This document shows positions 23,138 to 31,302 of a stretch of 32,000 nucleotides of DNA, in pieces (position 1 is the first letter of the stretch; each line of letters starts with the position of its first letter). The notes under the pieces were generated by a model that saw only the letters and a program-made list of their open reading frames with translations, was not told the origin of the DNA and ran no database searches. Source of the DNA: Desulfocapsa sulfexigens DSM 10523 (GTDB lineage: Bacteria > Desulfobacterota > Desulfobulbia > Desulfobulbales > Desulfocapsaceae); the NCBI RefSeq assembly GCF_000341395.1, contig NC_020304.1, positions 1,050,001 to 1,082,000 of the forward strand, written 5' to 3'. The translations under genes were made by a program, and so were the position numbers.

Positions 23138-23529
23138 GCAGTAAATCCAATTTCCCAATCACCCTGTTTTCTTTTGGTTATAAATATGACCCGCCGCAGG
23201 ATGTAAACTTTCTTTTTGATGTACGTTTTCTCGCTAATCCGTTTCATGAAAAGGAACTTCGTTCCTTCACAGGCCTGGAAGCCTCTATTGCTGATTTTGT
23301 CCTGAACAATGATTCTGGAAAAGAGTGTTTGCAGCAACTCCACCGTATAATAAAATTTCATGCAAACCAACTCCGGCAGAGCGGTAAAGATGAGCTGCGG
23401 ATAGGCATCGGCTGTACCGGTGGGCACCATCGCTCCGTTGCGGTAACCGAAGCCCTGGCAAATCTGCTCCGTGAAGACTTTGAAGCCGTCACTCACTTTC
23501 ACAGAGATATAAAAAAAGAAAGCCACTGA
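23134..23529 (+). CDS. RapZ (YhbJ/YvcJ) C-terminal-domain-only protein
   Basis: FGYKYDPPQDVNFLFDVRFLANPF and IGIGCTGGHHRSVAVTEAL match the conserved RapZ C-terminal blocks. The protein is 131 aa and has no Walker A N-terminal domain. Confidence 0.8.
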   Translation: MSSKSNFPITLFSFGYKYDPPQDVNFLFDVRFLANPFHEKELRSFTGLEASIADFVLNNDSGKECLQQLHRIIKFHANQLRQSGKDELRIGIGCTGGHHRSVAVTEALANLLREDFEAVTHFHRDIKKESH

Positions 23530-23540
23530 GTTACCTGCAC

Positions 23541-23577
23541 AAAAAAAAGCCTCCTGCTTCTCGAGCAGAAGGCTTTT
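23541..23577. terminator. Bidirectional rho-independent terminator
   Basis: A8, then GCCTCCTGCT tctcg AGCAGAAGGC, then T4. Read on the minus strand, the hairpin is followed by U8. Confidence 0.8.
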
Positions 23578-23602
23578 AGCACCTTTTTATGATTATTATC
23601 TA

Positions 23603-23797
23603 TCAGCCGACAAGCGCAGCAACATAGCCTTTAACCACATTGAGAGGACCGATATTTACAAGAGCACTTACCAGGCACGCTGTGCCCCAGATTCCAACGA
23701 GTGCAGCCACAACCATTCCTGATCCAAGTGCAAACGTAGAAACTTCGTATCCAACATTAGCCTGAGTTCTAGTTACTGTATGAGTATTTGCAGTCAT
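23603..23797 (-). CDS. 64-aa single-TM small protein, paralog 1
   Basis: GGAGGACACC-ATG Shine-Dalgarno context. About 56 percent identical, by eye, to the neighbouring ORF. The TM is rich in small residues. Confidence 0.65.
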   Translation of the reverse strand: MTANTHTVTRTQANVGYEVSTFALGSGMVVAALVGIWGTACLVSALVNIGPLNVVKGYVAALVG

Positions 23798-23851
23798 GGT
23801 GTCCTCCTGATCTGTTGGAATGTATTCTTTCCCTTCGATTCTTTCTCTCTA

Positions 23852-24046
23852 CTAGCCAGTAATTGCGGTCAACAACGCCTTCGCTGTTCCAACCACTCCG
23901 TTATTCATTAATACACTTACCATACATGCTGTGGCCCAGAGTCCGATCATTGCAGCCGTTGCCATACCAACACCGAGTGCAAATTTTGAAGTTTCGTATC
24001 CAGCATTTACTTGAGTTCTGGTCGTTGTAATTGTATTTGCAGTCAT
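23852..24046 (-). CDS. 64-aa single-TM small protein, paralog 2
   Basis: Same GGAGGACACC-ATG context and the same MTANT...TRTQ.N.GYE.S.FALG.GM..AA..G.W.TAC.VS.L.N scaffold. Confidence 0.65.
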   Translation of the reverse strand: MTANTITTTRTQVNAGYETSKFALGVGMATAAMIGLWATACMVSVLMNNGVVGTAKALLTAITG

Positions 24047-24103
24047 GGTGTCCTCCGTATAGGTTTGAGTTTGTGCTCTTTTCTGTTTTCTTGCCTTTTA
24101 TAT

Positions 24104-24119
24104 AGCATCAATGATGCCA
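24104..24119 (-). promoter_or_regulatory. Sigma-54 (-24/-12) promoter candidate
   Basis: The minus strand reads TGGCAT-CATTG-ATGCT with GG-N10-GC spacing. It lies about 60 nt upstream of the ATG at 24046. Confidence 0.5.
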
Positions 24120-24217
24120 GTTTTTACTATCCGGAAAACAACAACAGACTCACAGTATAAGTAATTAGTATTACTCGACATGATAGGGAGAGTCCTCCAC
24201 TACCCTCGGAACACACA

Positions 24218-24239
24218 TGTGGCGCATCCCCATGCCACA
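24218..24239. promoter_or_regulatory. Inverted repeat TGTGGC-N10-GCCACA; candidate enhancer (UAS) site
   Basis: It lies about 100-120 nt upstream of the -24/-12 element on the minus strand, a typical distance for bacterial enhancer-binding proteins. Confidence 0.3.
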
Positions 24240-24421
24240 GTAGGCAGTTGTGTGGTATACGAAGAGAAAAGTGTGGTTTCGAACCGACGTTAGTGTTGCA
24301 GTTATTTAGGATAGGTACTTACAGGTGGCTATCATGGGACAATTATGCCGGATTCACTCGATCTCCTGAAGTACAACGTGAATTGCTGCACGAAACTCTC
24401 TGCAGTATGCATGTGCTACTC

Positions 24422-25318
24422 TCAACAACCGTCGCAGCCTGCCAAATAATTAAGAAAAGCCGAAGTAACGGGAGACAATGCCCTGTTTTTACGCTGAATC
24501 AGATAAAAAGGGCGATACAGAGTTTTTCCTGACAGAGCAACGCTCACCAGTCGGCCGCACTCAACCTCATCTGTCACAGCCAGGCGTGAAAGTATGGACA
24601 CTCCCATTCCGGCCTTCACTGCTTCTTTAATTGCAGCGGTGGAGCCTATTTCCGCAACCTCCCTGAGGCTGCTCTCCGAAAATCCATTCTCCTCTAAAAT
24701 TCTCGAAAAAACCCTTCGCGTTCCAGACTCAGGTTCCCGCAATATAAACGGCTCCTCAAGCACCTTCTGTATGGACACTTTTTTCTTCAAGGCCCATGGA
24801 TGTGAAGGATAAACCACAAGTGTCAATTCATCTGAAAACATTTCAGTCCAAGTCAAGCCATTTTCATTCCATTTAGCACCAACGACTCCAAATTCAATAT
24901 CTCCATCCAGTACCTTTTTTGAGATAATGCGTGAGCTGCTAATCGTGAGTGTTGCCTTTATTAAAGAATTTTGATTACAAAAATCCCCAATTAACCGGGG
25001 CAGGATATACGTTCCCGGGATTGTACCACAACCAAGGCGGATCCTTCCAACCAGCTTTCCACTGTACTGCTCAATTGCCTGAACAGCCTCACTTCTGGTT
25101 TCAAGAATTTTTCTGGCATAACCGTACAACACGCTTCCAGCGGGACTTACACCGATATCACGTCCGAGTCTATCCACCAGTTTTTGACCAAGTTCCTCCT
25201 CAAGGCTACGGACATGCTCGCTGATCGTGGGCTGAGATAACAACATCGCCTCGGCAGCACGGGTGAAACTTTTCAATTCCACCACTTTACAAAAAGCCTC
25301 AAGTTTTCTGATTTCCAT
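24422..25318 (-). CDS. LysR-family transcriptional regulator
   Basis: MEIRKLEAFCKVVELKSFTRAAEAMLLSQPTISEHVRSLEEELG is a canonical LTTR HTH. The ATG at 25318 has an AGGAGAG Shine-Dalgarno. Confidence 0.9.
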   Translation of the reverse strand: MEIRKLEAFCKVVELKSFTRAAEAMLLSQPTISEHVRSLEEELGQKLVDRLGRDIGVSPAGSVLYGYARKILETRSEAVQAIEQYSGKLVGRIRLGCGTIPGTYILPRLIGDFCNQNSLIKATLTISSSRIISKKVLDGDIEFGVVGAKWNENGLTWTEMFSDELTLVVYPSHPWALKKKVSIQKVLEEPFILREPESGTRRVFSRILEENGFSESSLREVAEIGSTAAIKEAVKAGMGVSILSRLAVTDEVECGRLVSVALSGKTLYRPFYLIQRKNRALSPVTSAFLNYLAGCDGC

Positions 25319-25352
25319 GATCTCTCCTGTACCTATAATCGCCATATCACCG

Positions 25353-25384
25353 ATATCTATGTACAAGAAGTATGCCATAGATAT
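25353..25384. promoter_or_regulatory. 9-bp perfect inverted repeat ATATCTATG-N14-CATAGATAT in the LysR/rhodanese divergent region; candidate LTTR binding site
   Basis: Seen directly between the divergent starts at 25318 (-) and 25476 (+). Confidence 0.35.
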
Positions 25385-25475
25385 TTCCTATTTGTGTTAT
25401 ACAATAAAACAATTTATAAGTTTTTCCTCATCCTTTTTTTTCAAACTGTTCATTATTAACCAACGAGGAATTCTC

Positions 25476-25901
25476 ATGAAAAAAATCAGTATTATCTCAA
25501 TGCTTTTCATCTTTCTGCTCAATGTGGCAGCCATTTTTGATTCCTATAATTTCCTGACAGCTGACGAGTTCAAGGCATGGCTTGAGGCTGACAAAGAAAT
25601 GATCATCGTAGATATCCAGGTAAAAGATGAATTTGCGTCCCACCATTTCCCGGGATCAATAGAAACGAATGCATTTCCTGTAAAAACAGAGGCACAGAAG
25701 AATCTGATTCTTCCAGCAGTAGAGGCCTATAAAAAGACCGGACACGATGTTGTTGTTATCTGCCCAAGAGGTGGTGGTGGTGCAAAAAGCTGTTACTCTT
25801 ACATGAAAAGCCAGGGAGTTCCTGAGGAAAAACTGACCATTTTAAAAGGTGGCGTTGCCAAATGGCCATACCGGGAAATGCTGGTCAGCAACAATAAATA
25901 A
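25476..25901 (+). CDS. Secreted single-domain rhodanese-like sulfurtransferase
   Basis: Signal/TM MKKISIISMLFIFLLNVAAI and active-site loop CPRGGGGA. GAGGAA Shine-Dalgarno. The upstream part of the listed ORF overlaps the LysR start and is rejected. Confidence 0.8.
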   Translation: MKKISIISMLFIFLLNVAAIFDSYNFLTADEFKAWLEADKEMIIVDIQVKDEFASHHFPGSIETNAFPVKTEAQKNLILPAVEAYKKTGHDVVVICPRGGGGAKSCYSYMKSQGVPEEKLTILKGGVAKWPYREMLVSNNK

Positions 25902-25916
25902 TACTCCAAAGGCACA

Positions 25917-26933
25917 ATGATGAAAAAATTATTTCTTGTTCTAACTGTAATATGCTCGCTTATTTCACCGCTATGGAGTCTGGCTGCAAATGAAAGCAGT
26001 GGCACAATTACCATGGACTTTGACCTTTCCAAACACGATGTGAACGAAGAGGCTCAGCTGTGGATTCCCTATCCGCTCTCGGATCGTGATCAGATCATCT
26101 CCCAAATACAAATCAGTGGGGATTATGCCGAATCGGCAGTGTACAGTGACCAGACCTATTCAACCCCCATCCTCTATGCCCGCTGGAACAAGGGAGCCAC
26201 GAGTAGAAAACTGAGTTTATCCTTTCATGTTGTGCGTCAGGAGGTAATTCGCCGTGATTTTCCAGAAAAAGAAACGCTTTGGGATCCCGCTGACTATGCC
26301 CCCTACCTTGCTGCCACAAGCCTTGGACCGATTGATGGAGAGGTTAAAATCCTGGCCGACCAGATCACCGATGGAAAAACAACGGTTCTAGAGAAAGCCA
26401 GAGCAATATATGACTGGATCTGTGACAACATGTATCGTGATCCCGCCACAAAAGGATGTGGCCCTGGAGATGTCTGTCTCCTTCTTGAACGGCCAGGAGG
26501 AAAATGCACCGACATTCACTCTGTCTTTGTTTCACTGAGTCGTGCCGCCGGTGTTCCCGCACGGGAAGTTTTTGGTATTCGACAGGGAAAAAAAGCGGAA
26601 CAGGATATAAGCAGCTGGCAACACTGCTGGGCTGAATTTTATCTCCCCGGTTACGGTTGGGTCCCCGTAGATCCCGCCGACGTCCGGAAAATGATGCTTA
26701 CACAAACACTTGAGCCCGGTGACAGCAAAACCAAATACTACCGTGACTACTTCTGGGGTGGCTGGGATCAGTATAGAGTGAAACTTGCAATGGGACGTGA
26801 CCTGCAGCTGAACCCGCCGCAACATGGTATTCCGCTGAATACTTTTGGGTATCCCTTTGCCCAGATCGGTACCAGAACCCTTGACTGGCTTGATGCCGAA
26901 AATTTTCAATACCGTTTCACCTTCAATCAGTAA
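25917..26933 (+). CDS. Secreted transglutaminase-like cysteine protease-fold protein
   Basis: Signal peptide. GGKCTDIHSVFVSLSRAAGVPAR (catalytic Cys), HCWAEFYLPGYGWVPVDPAD (His and Asp). Confidence 0.85.
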   Translation: MMKKLFLVLTVICSLISPLWSLAANESSGTITMDFDLSKHDVNEEAQLWIPYPLSDRDQIISQIQISGDYAESAVYSDQTYSTPILYARWNKGATSRKLSLSFHVVRQEVIRRDFPEKETLWDPADYAPYLAATSLGPIDGEVKILADQITDGKTTVLEKARAIYDWICDNMYRDPATKGCGPGDVCLLLERPGGKCTDIHSVFVSLSRAAGVPAREVFGIRQGKKAEQDISSWQHCWAEFYLPGYGWVPVDPADVRKMMLTQTLEPGDSKTKYYRDYFWGGWDQYRVKLAMGRDLQLNPPQHGIPLNTFGYPFAQIGTRTLDWLDAENFQYRFTFNQ

Positions 26934-26939
26934 ACCTTT

Positions 26940-26988
26940 CCAGGGATTTTCCGGCCAACAGATACGCATGCCACCGGAAGATCCCTGG
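26940..26988. terminator. Long hairpin between convergent genes (possible bidirectional terminator)
   Basis: CCAGGGATTTTCCGG (26940-26954) pairs with CCGGAAGATCCCTGG (26974-26988) at 14/15 plus one G-U. No clear U-run. Confidence 0.4.
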
Positions 26989-27007
26989 CATCAGCCACCA
27001 CGATAGA

Positions 27008-28393
27008 CTAATTTCGAATTACCAGCATCTGTTCCCATTTACCATTGTGATAACGCCAGGAAATCAGCAAACAGAGGATTCCAATAAAAAAAACGACACA
27101 GCCCCAGGCAGCATATATTCCCATCCCCCAATAGGTAATGCCGACAAAGAGAGGAATAAGCATACAGCTGAGTGTGGCCGCGGAAATTGCCAAAAGAAGA
27201 AAACGGGTATCTCCTGCTCCTTTCAAAACTGCGGCAAATATCATATAAAAGACATCAAGCAGAATATAAACTGTAACAAACCGTAAAATGATTGATCCCA
27301 CCCGCAATATTTCCTCATAACTGCCCCCCATCGTCCCTTTTTTCATAAAAAATGAAATTATAGTTTCCGGTGCACATAGAAAGAGGACGCCTAGTGACAT
27401 GGTATAGAGCATCAGCAGATGAATACCACTCCATGCAGCAGCCCTGGCCTCCTCCGGCCTGCCTTTTCCCAGAGCCTGACCGGTCATGCTGCTTATGCCA
27501 AAAGAAAAACCGAGAGCGGGCATAAAGGCAAGTGAACTGATCGATATCACAATATTTGAAGCAGCAAGGGGTACGATTCCCATACGCCCGACAATAAGAA
27601 TAAAAAAAGTGAAAGCGAAAATATCAAGACTGAACTGTAGGGCACCTGGAACCCCGTATTTAAACAGTTTTCCCATAATATCTCGATCCAGGGCTATGGT
27701 CTCGAGCAACTTGAACTCTAAAATAAAATACCTCGAAAAAATTGGAGGTGCCAGACACAGTACCACCACTCCCCAGGAAACAACAGTAGCGATGGCAGCC
27801 CCGCGTATGCCTAGTTCCGGCATGCCCCAGATGCCATTAATCAGCGCGTAATTCAGCGGAATATTGACCACCATGCCGATAATGTTTGCACTCATCACCG
27901 GTCGTGTCATTCCTCTACCGGTGAAAAAACCAGACAGAGCCTGGATAGCCACATGAAGCATGCCTCCCTGACAAAGAATCGTAAAATATTGAATTTCGAG
28001 CACCCGGATTTCTGGATTGTGACCGACGAGGATAAAAAGAGGAGTGGAGACAAAACAGGCTATCAGCAGAAGTATCACCCCGGAGAGAAGGGTAAAGAAA
28101 ATTCCCTGCCACAGTGTGATCCCTATTTTTTCCGGCATACCTGCACCGTGATACTGGGCAATAAACACTGAAACATACCCGGCAACCCCACCCAGAAAGC
28201 AGAGAATCAGAAAAGCAGTCACCCCGGCAGGGACCACAGCTGACAGGGCATTAACACTGTAATGAGAAAGAAAAATCCTGTCGGTGAACTCCATGACCGT
28301 TGTCGCAGCCATACCTGTGACAAGAGGAACACAGACCCCTGACACTGCACGATACCTGCTTTTTTTTCGCCACTTCTGCCACTGTTTGAACAT
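27008..28393 (-). CDS. MATE-family efflux transporter
   Basis: 461 aa with twelve hydrophobic helices and MATE-like motifs in the N-terminal half. Confidence 0.85.
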   Translation of the reverse strand: MFKQWQKWRKKSRYRAVSGVCVPLVTGMAATTVMEFTDRIFLSHYSVNALSAVVPAGVTAFLILCFLGGVAGYVSVFIAQYHGAGMPEKIGITLWQGIFFTLLSGVILLLIACFVSTPLFILVGHNPEIRVLEIQYFTILCQGGMLHVAIQALSGFFTGRGMTRPVMSANIIGMVVNIPLNYALINGIWGMPELGIRGAAIATVVSWGVVVLCLAPPIFSRYFILEFKLLETIALDRDIMGKLFKYGVPGALQFSLDIFAFTFFILIVGRMGIVPLAASNIVISISSLAFMPALGFSFGISSMTGQALGKGRPEEARAAAWSGIHLLMLYTMSLGVLFLCAPETIISFFMKKGTMGGSYEEILRVGSIILRFVTVYILLDVFYMIFAAVLKGAGDTRFLLLAISAATLSCMLIPLFVGITYWGMGIYAAWGCVVFFIGILCLLISWRYHNGKWEQMLVIRN

Positions 28394-28576
28394 GCAAATC
28401 TCTTAAAGGTACCAGAGGGGAAAACAGGAAAAATATTTGGACATTTCGACCTAAACCTTTTATCCATTATAGTTCCAGTTGTAAACAGTACATTCTGCGA
28501 AGAGCTCAGGAGACAGGTATTATATACTCCCTTTACTCTTCAGCCTACTATTCCTTCAACCTACCATACTCTAGCC

Positions 28577-29239
28577 ATGGATACTCTTGAATGCATCAAA
28601 ACACGCAGAAGCATCAGAAAGTTCACCACAGACCCTGTTCCGAGAAAAGACCTGGAGGAGCTGATTGAAACAGCCAGGTGGAGTCCTTCCTATAAAAATT
28701 CTCAGCCCTGGCAGGCCATAATACTCTCCGGCAACAAAAAGCAGGAACTCTCCAAAATGCTCATTGGTCTGCTGGAAGAACGGAAAACCAACAGTCCAGA
28801 CCTCGTGGCCCCTACCTCCTGGCCCGAAGCGGAACAGAAAAACATCAGTCATCTTCTTGCGAAACGCATGGAACTCACGGGCATTGATCTTGGTGCTCCG
28901 GAAATGATCGTCAAAGCCAAAAAGGCCAATTTCAACTTTTACTATGCACCTCATGCCATCTATCTTTATCAGGATGGATCACTCAGCGAATGGTCACTCT
29001 TTGATATTGGTCTTTTTGCTCAAAGCCTGATGCTAGCAGCTCACGCCAAAGGACTCGCCACCGTCCCTCAGGCATTCGCCACCGATTACGCAAAGGAAGT
29101 TAAAGAATGCCTGGGTATTCCTGCCTCCAAACGATTAATCCTTGGCCTTTCAGTCGGCTATCCGGATATGGACTCACCCGTAAACGCCTATCGTACTGAG
29201 CGAGCAGACATAGAAGATTTTTACAGCTGGATGGAATAA
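28577..29239 (+). CDS. Nitroreductase-family flavoprotein
   Basis: ECIKTRRSIRKFT...ARWSPSYKNSQPWQ is the classical nitroreductase N-terminal signature. Confidence 0.9.
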   Translation: MDTLECIKTRRSIRKFTTDPVPRKDLEELIETARWSPSYKNSQPWQAIILSGNKKQELSKMLIGLLEERKTNSPDLVAPTSWPEAEQKNISHLLAKRMELTGIDLGAPEMIVKAKKANFNFYYAPHAIYLYQDGSLSEWSLFDIGLFAQSLMLAAHAKGLATVPQAFATDYAKEVKECLGIPASKRLILGLSVGYPDMDSPVNAYRTERADIEDFYSWME

Positions 29240-29246
29240 TCCTCTC

Positions 29247-29288
29247 GTGGTACTTCACCCAGAACCAAGCCCGTAAGTGGAGTACCAC
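29247..29288 (+). terminator. 12-bp stem hairpin after the nitroreductase gene (weak terminator candidate)
   Basis: GTGGTACTTCAC ... GTGGAGTACCAC with an 18-nt loop and no U-run. Confidence 0.3.
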
Positions 29289-29651
29289 ATTACTTGCACA
29301 ATTATTATCCATATCCGCGTTTTTTTCACTCTTTCCAAACTCCCTGTTCCAAAAAAAATATTTTCCCCTCAAGAGTGCCATACCACTCAGCCTCTCTCTC
29401 ATCTGACTGTTTCAGTGAACATTTTATTGGTATTTAGCATTTTACTGGTGAGACACTGATAAACGAATGCTGAGCAGATAACGCAATTGTGTTTCTGTCC
29501 AGAAAAGTAGTCACATGGCTACAAAACTAACCATAGGGCTACTTTCCTGAACAGGTCCGACAAAATCATTACCCTCTCAACGGGAGTGACCCAAGAACAC
29601 AATCAGCTGTTATCATACTGTTTAAGAATATTAACGATTCCCAAATATGAC

Positions 29652-29667
29652 TGGCACAGCAATTGCT
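29652..29667 (+). promoter_or_regulatory. Sigma-54 (-24/-12) promoter
   Basis: TGGCAC-AGCAA-TTGCT is a near-perfect match to TGGCAC-N5-TTGCW. It lies about 100 nt upstream of the ATG at 29768. Confidence 0.65.
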
Positions 29668-29767
29668 TAACATAACTCGCTGACATGACACACAATAACC
29701 ACATAGTGGCACTGAGAGGTTCAGTGTTTAATTCAATTTTGTGTCATACTTCAAAGGAGTCTAAATT

Positions 29768-31264
29768 ATGGCAGAACAACTTTTTGCATCATTTATTCTG
29801 GATCGGGATTCAGGGCTGGAAATTGCCATTGCCGCAGAGAGCGTAACGGAAGCAACATCTCTCACTGAGAAAATCCAACCGCTTCCAGCCAGCGTTCCCT
29901 TTCTTGAAGGCATTATGCACCTTCGGGACGCGGTCATTCCCGTACTGAACCTGAAGAAAAGAATGTGCCTTGAAGGGGCATCAAAATATGACAAAGATGC
30001 AAAGATTGCCGTTGTTCTCCTGGCAAACCAGAAATTCGGATTACTCTTTGATGACATCAAAGAAGTACTGCGGGTTGATGATTCCCTCCTTCTCCCGATC
30101 CAACCTGCCTTACAATCCGAAGACTATATCATTTCCGATCTGATCACCCTGCGCGACCAGCATCGCACGCTTGAGGTTCTTGATTTAAAACGTCTTTTCC
30201 AGGACCCAACCCTCTTGACCGATGGCATCGATAGCTCGTCAGCCATACCTCAATCCACCAAAACACGAACGTATTCCAGATATGTCATATTCTCCTCAGA
30301 GGGAAGAGAATATGGTGTTCCGGTGGAAAACTCACGAGAACTCACCTTTATTACTGAAATTGACGATATGTTTAAGACCGACTGCCTCGAGGGTGCCCTG
30401 CAGTTACGTGGCCGAACAATACCGGTTATGAACGCCAGTGCGCTCTTAAACGGTGGAACTGCAGTAAAAGCCGGGGAATTAAGTCGTATTCTGGTAATGA
30501 CAACAGATGCGCTGAATTTTGGCATGATCATAGATCAAATTGTTGAAATTCTTACTGTCTGCAATGAAGAAATTCTTCAAATGCCATCTGGAGAAAATCA
30601 ATCTGTAAGCGGTATATATGAGCCAACAACCGGTCGCAATATCATTCTTCTTGATGTGGCTAATCTCGTCACCAGCCAGATGGAACTTCTTAAATCCATG
30701 GCCAGAATAAAGAGCGGTGACAACGACAACGATGTCGAAACACTCACAGTCGCAGAATCAAGACACCTCATTACTGAAAACTGCTACCTGATTTTTTCCA
30801 TCGAAAAACACTTTGCTATAGAGTTGAAGGATGTCCAGGAAATCATCGAGCATGACATACTGATGCCAATTCCAGGAGCACGCGGATTCGACTCCAGAGT
30901 ACTCAACCTCCGGGGACAGGTAATTCCGGTGGTTGATCTACGCCACTTCTACGACTATCCCGAACAAGAGGCTGCAGAGACATCCTCAAGGCTCATTATC
31001 TGTCGAGACGGCAAGCGTCTTGTTGCCCTACAGGTAGACAGCATTGTAACCATTTACAAACAGGAAGAATTCCACCCAACACCATCCCTGAAACCACAAC
31101 TGCAGCCTAAAAAAGACACCCTGGACCGGCTCATAGAATTCATCGGGGATCTCGGGGTTACAGAACATGTTCTGGTCATTAACACCCACAATCTAATCAA
31201 TAACTATCTGCACCAAAATATTACCACAGAAAACCCAATATCTAATCACCAGGAAACCAATTAA
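29768..31264 (+). CDS. Chemotaxis coupling protein with three tandem CheW domains
   Basis: Three modules of about 150 aa each contain a CheW-type core: FLEGIMHLRDAVIPVLNLKKRM, LEGALQLRGRTIPVMNASALL and FDSRVLNLRGQVIPVVDLRHFY. AAGGAG Shine-Dalgarno. Confidence 0.85.
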   Translation: MAEQLFASFILDRDSGLEIAIAAESVTEATSLTEKIQPLPASVPFLEGIMHLRDAVIPVLNLKKRMCLEGASKYDKDAKIAVVLLANQKFGLLFDDIKEVLRVDDSLLLPIQPALQSEDYIISDLITLRDQHRTLEVLDLKRLFQDPTLLTDGIDSSSAIPQSTKTRTYSRYVIFSSEGREYGVPVENSRELTFITEIDDMFKTDCLEGALQLRGRTIPVMNASALLNGGTAVKAGELSRILVMTTDALNFGMIIDQIVEILTVCNEEILQMPSGENQSVSGIYEPTTGRNIILLDVANLVTSQMELLKSMARIKSGDNDNDVETLTVAESRHLITENCYLIFSIEKHFAIELKDVQEIIEHDILMPIPGARGFDSRVLNLRGQVIPVVDLRHFYDYPEQEAAETSSRLIICRDGKRLVALQVDSIVTIYKQEEFHPTPSLKPQLQPKKDTLDRLIEFIGDLGVTEHVLVINTHNLINNYLHQNITTENPISNHQETN

Positions 31265-31302
31265 ATGCTTTTTCCGTTACCAGAAACTCTACAAGGAGGA
31301 GA

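Noticed and set aside
23522-23528. B12-box-like heptamer GCCACTG (also present near 17053)
   Set aside because: Both occurrences lie inside coding sequence and lack the surrounding cobalamin-riboswitch helices.
24275-24285. tRNA T-loop-like string GGTTTCGAACC
   Set aside because: The flanking bases do not form a T-stem, and no acceptor or anticodon arms can be drawn. This is not a tRNA.
24248-24532. Plus-strand 94-aa ORF between the small peptide genes and LysR
   Set aside because: It overlaps the LysR 3' end on the opposite strand, has no ribosome-binding site and covers the putative enhancer region.
25263-25475. Upstream extension of the rhodanese ORF (listed start 25263)
   Set aside because: It overlaps the LysR start codon region and the divergent intergenic DNA. 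The signal peptide and a GAGGAA Shine-Dalgarno fit the ATG at 25476.
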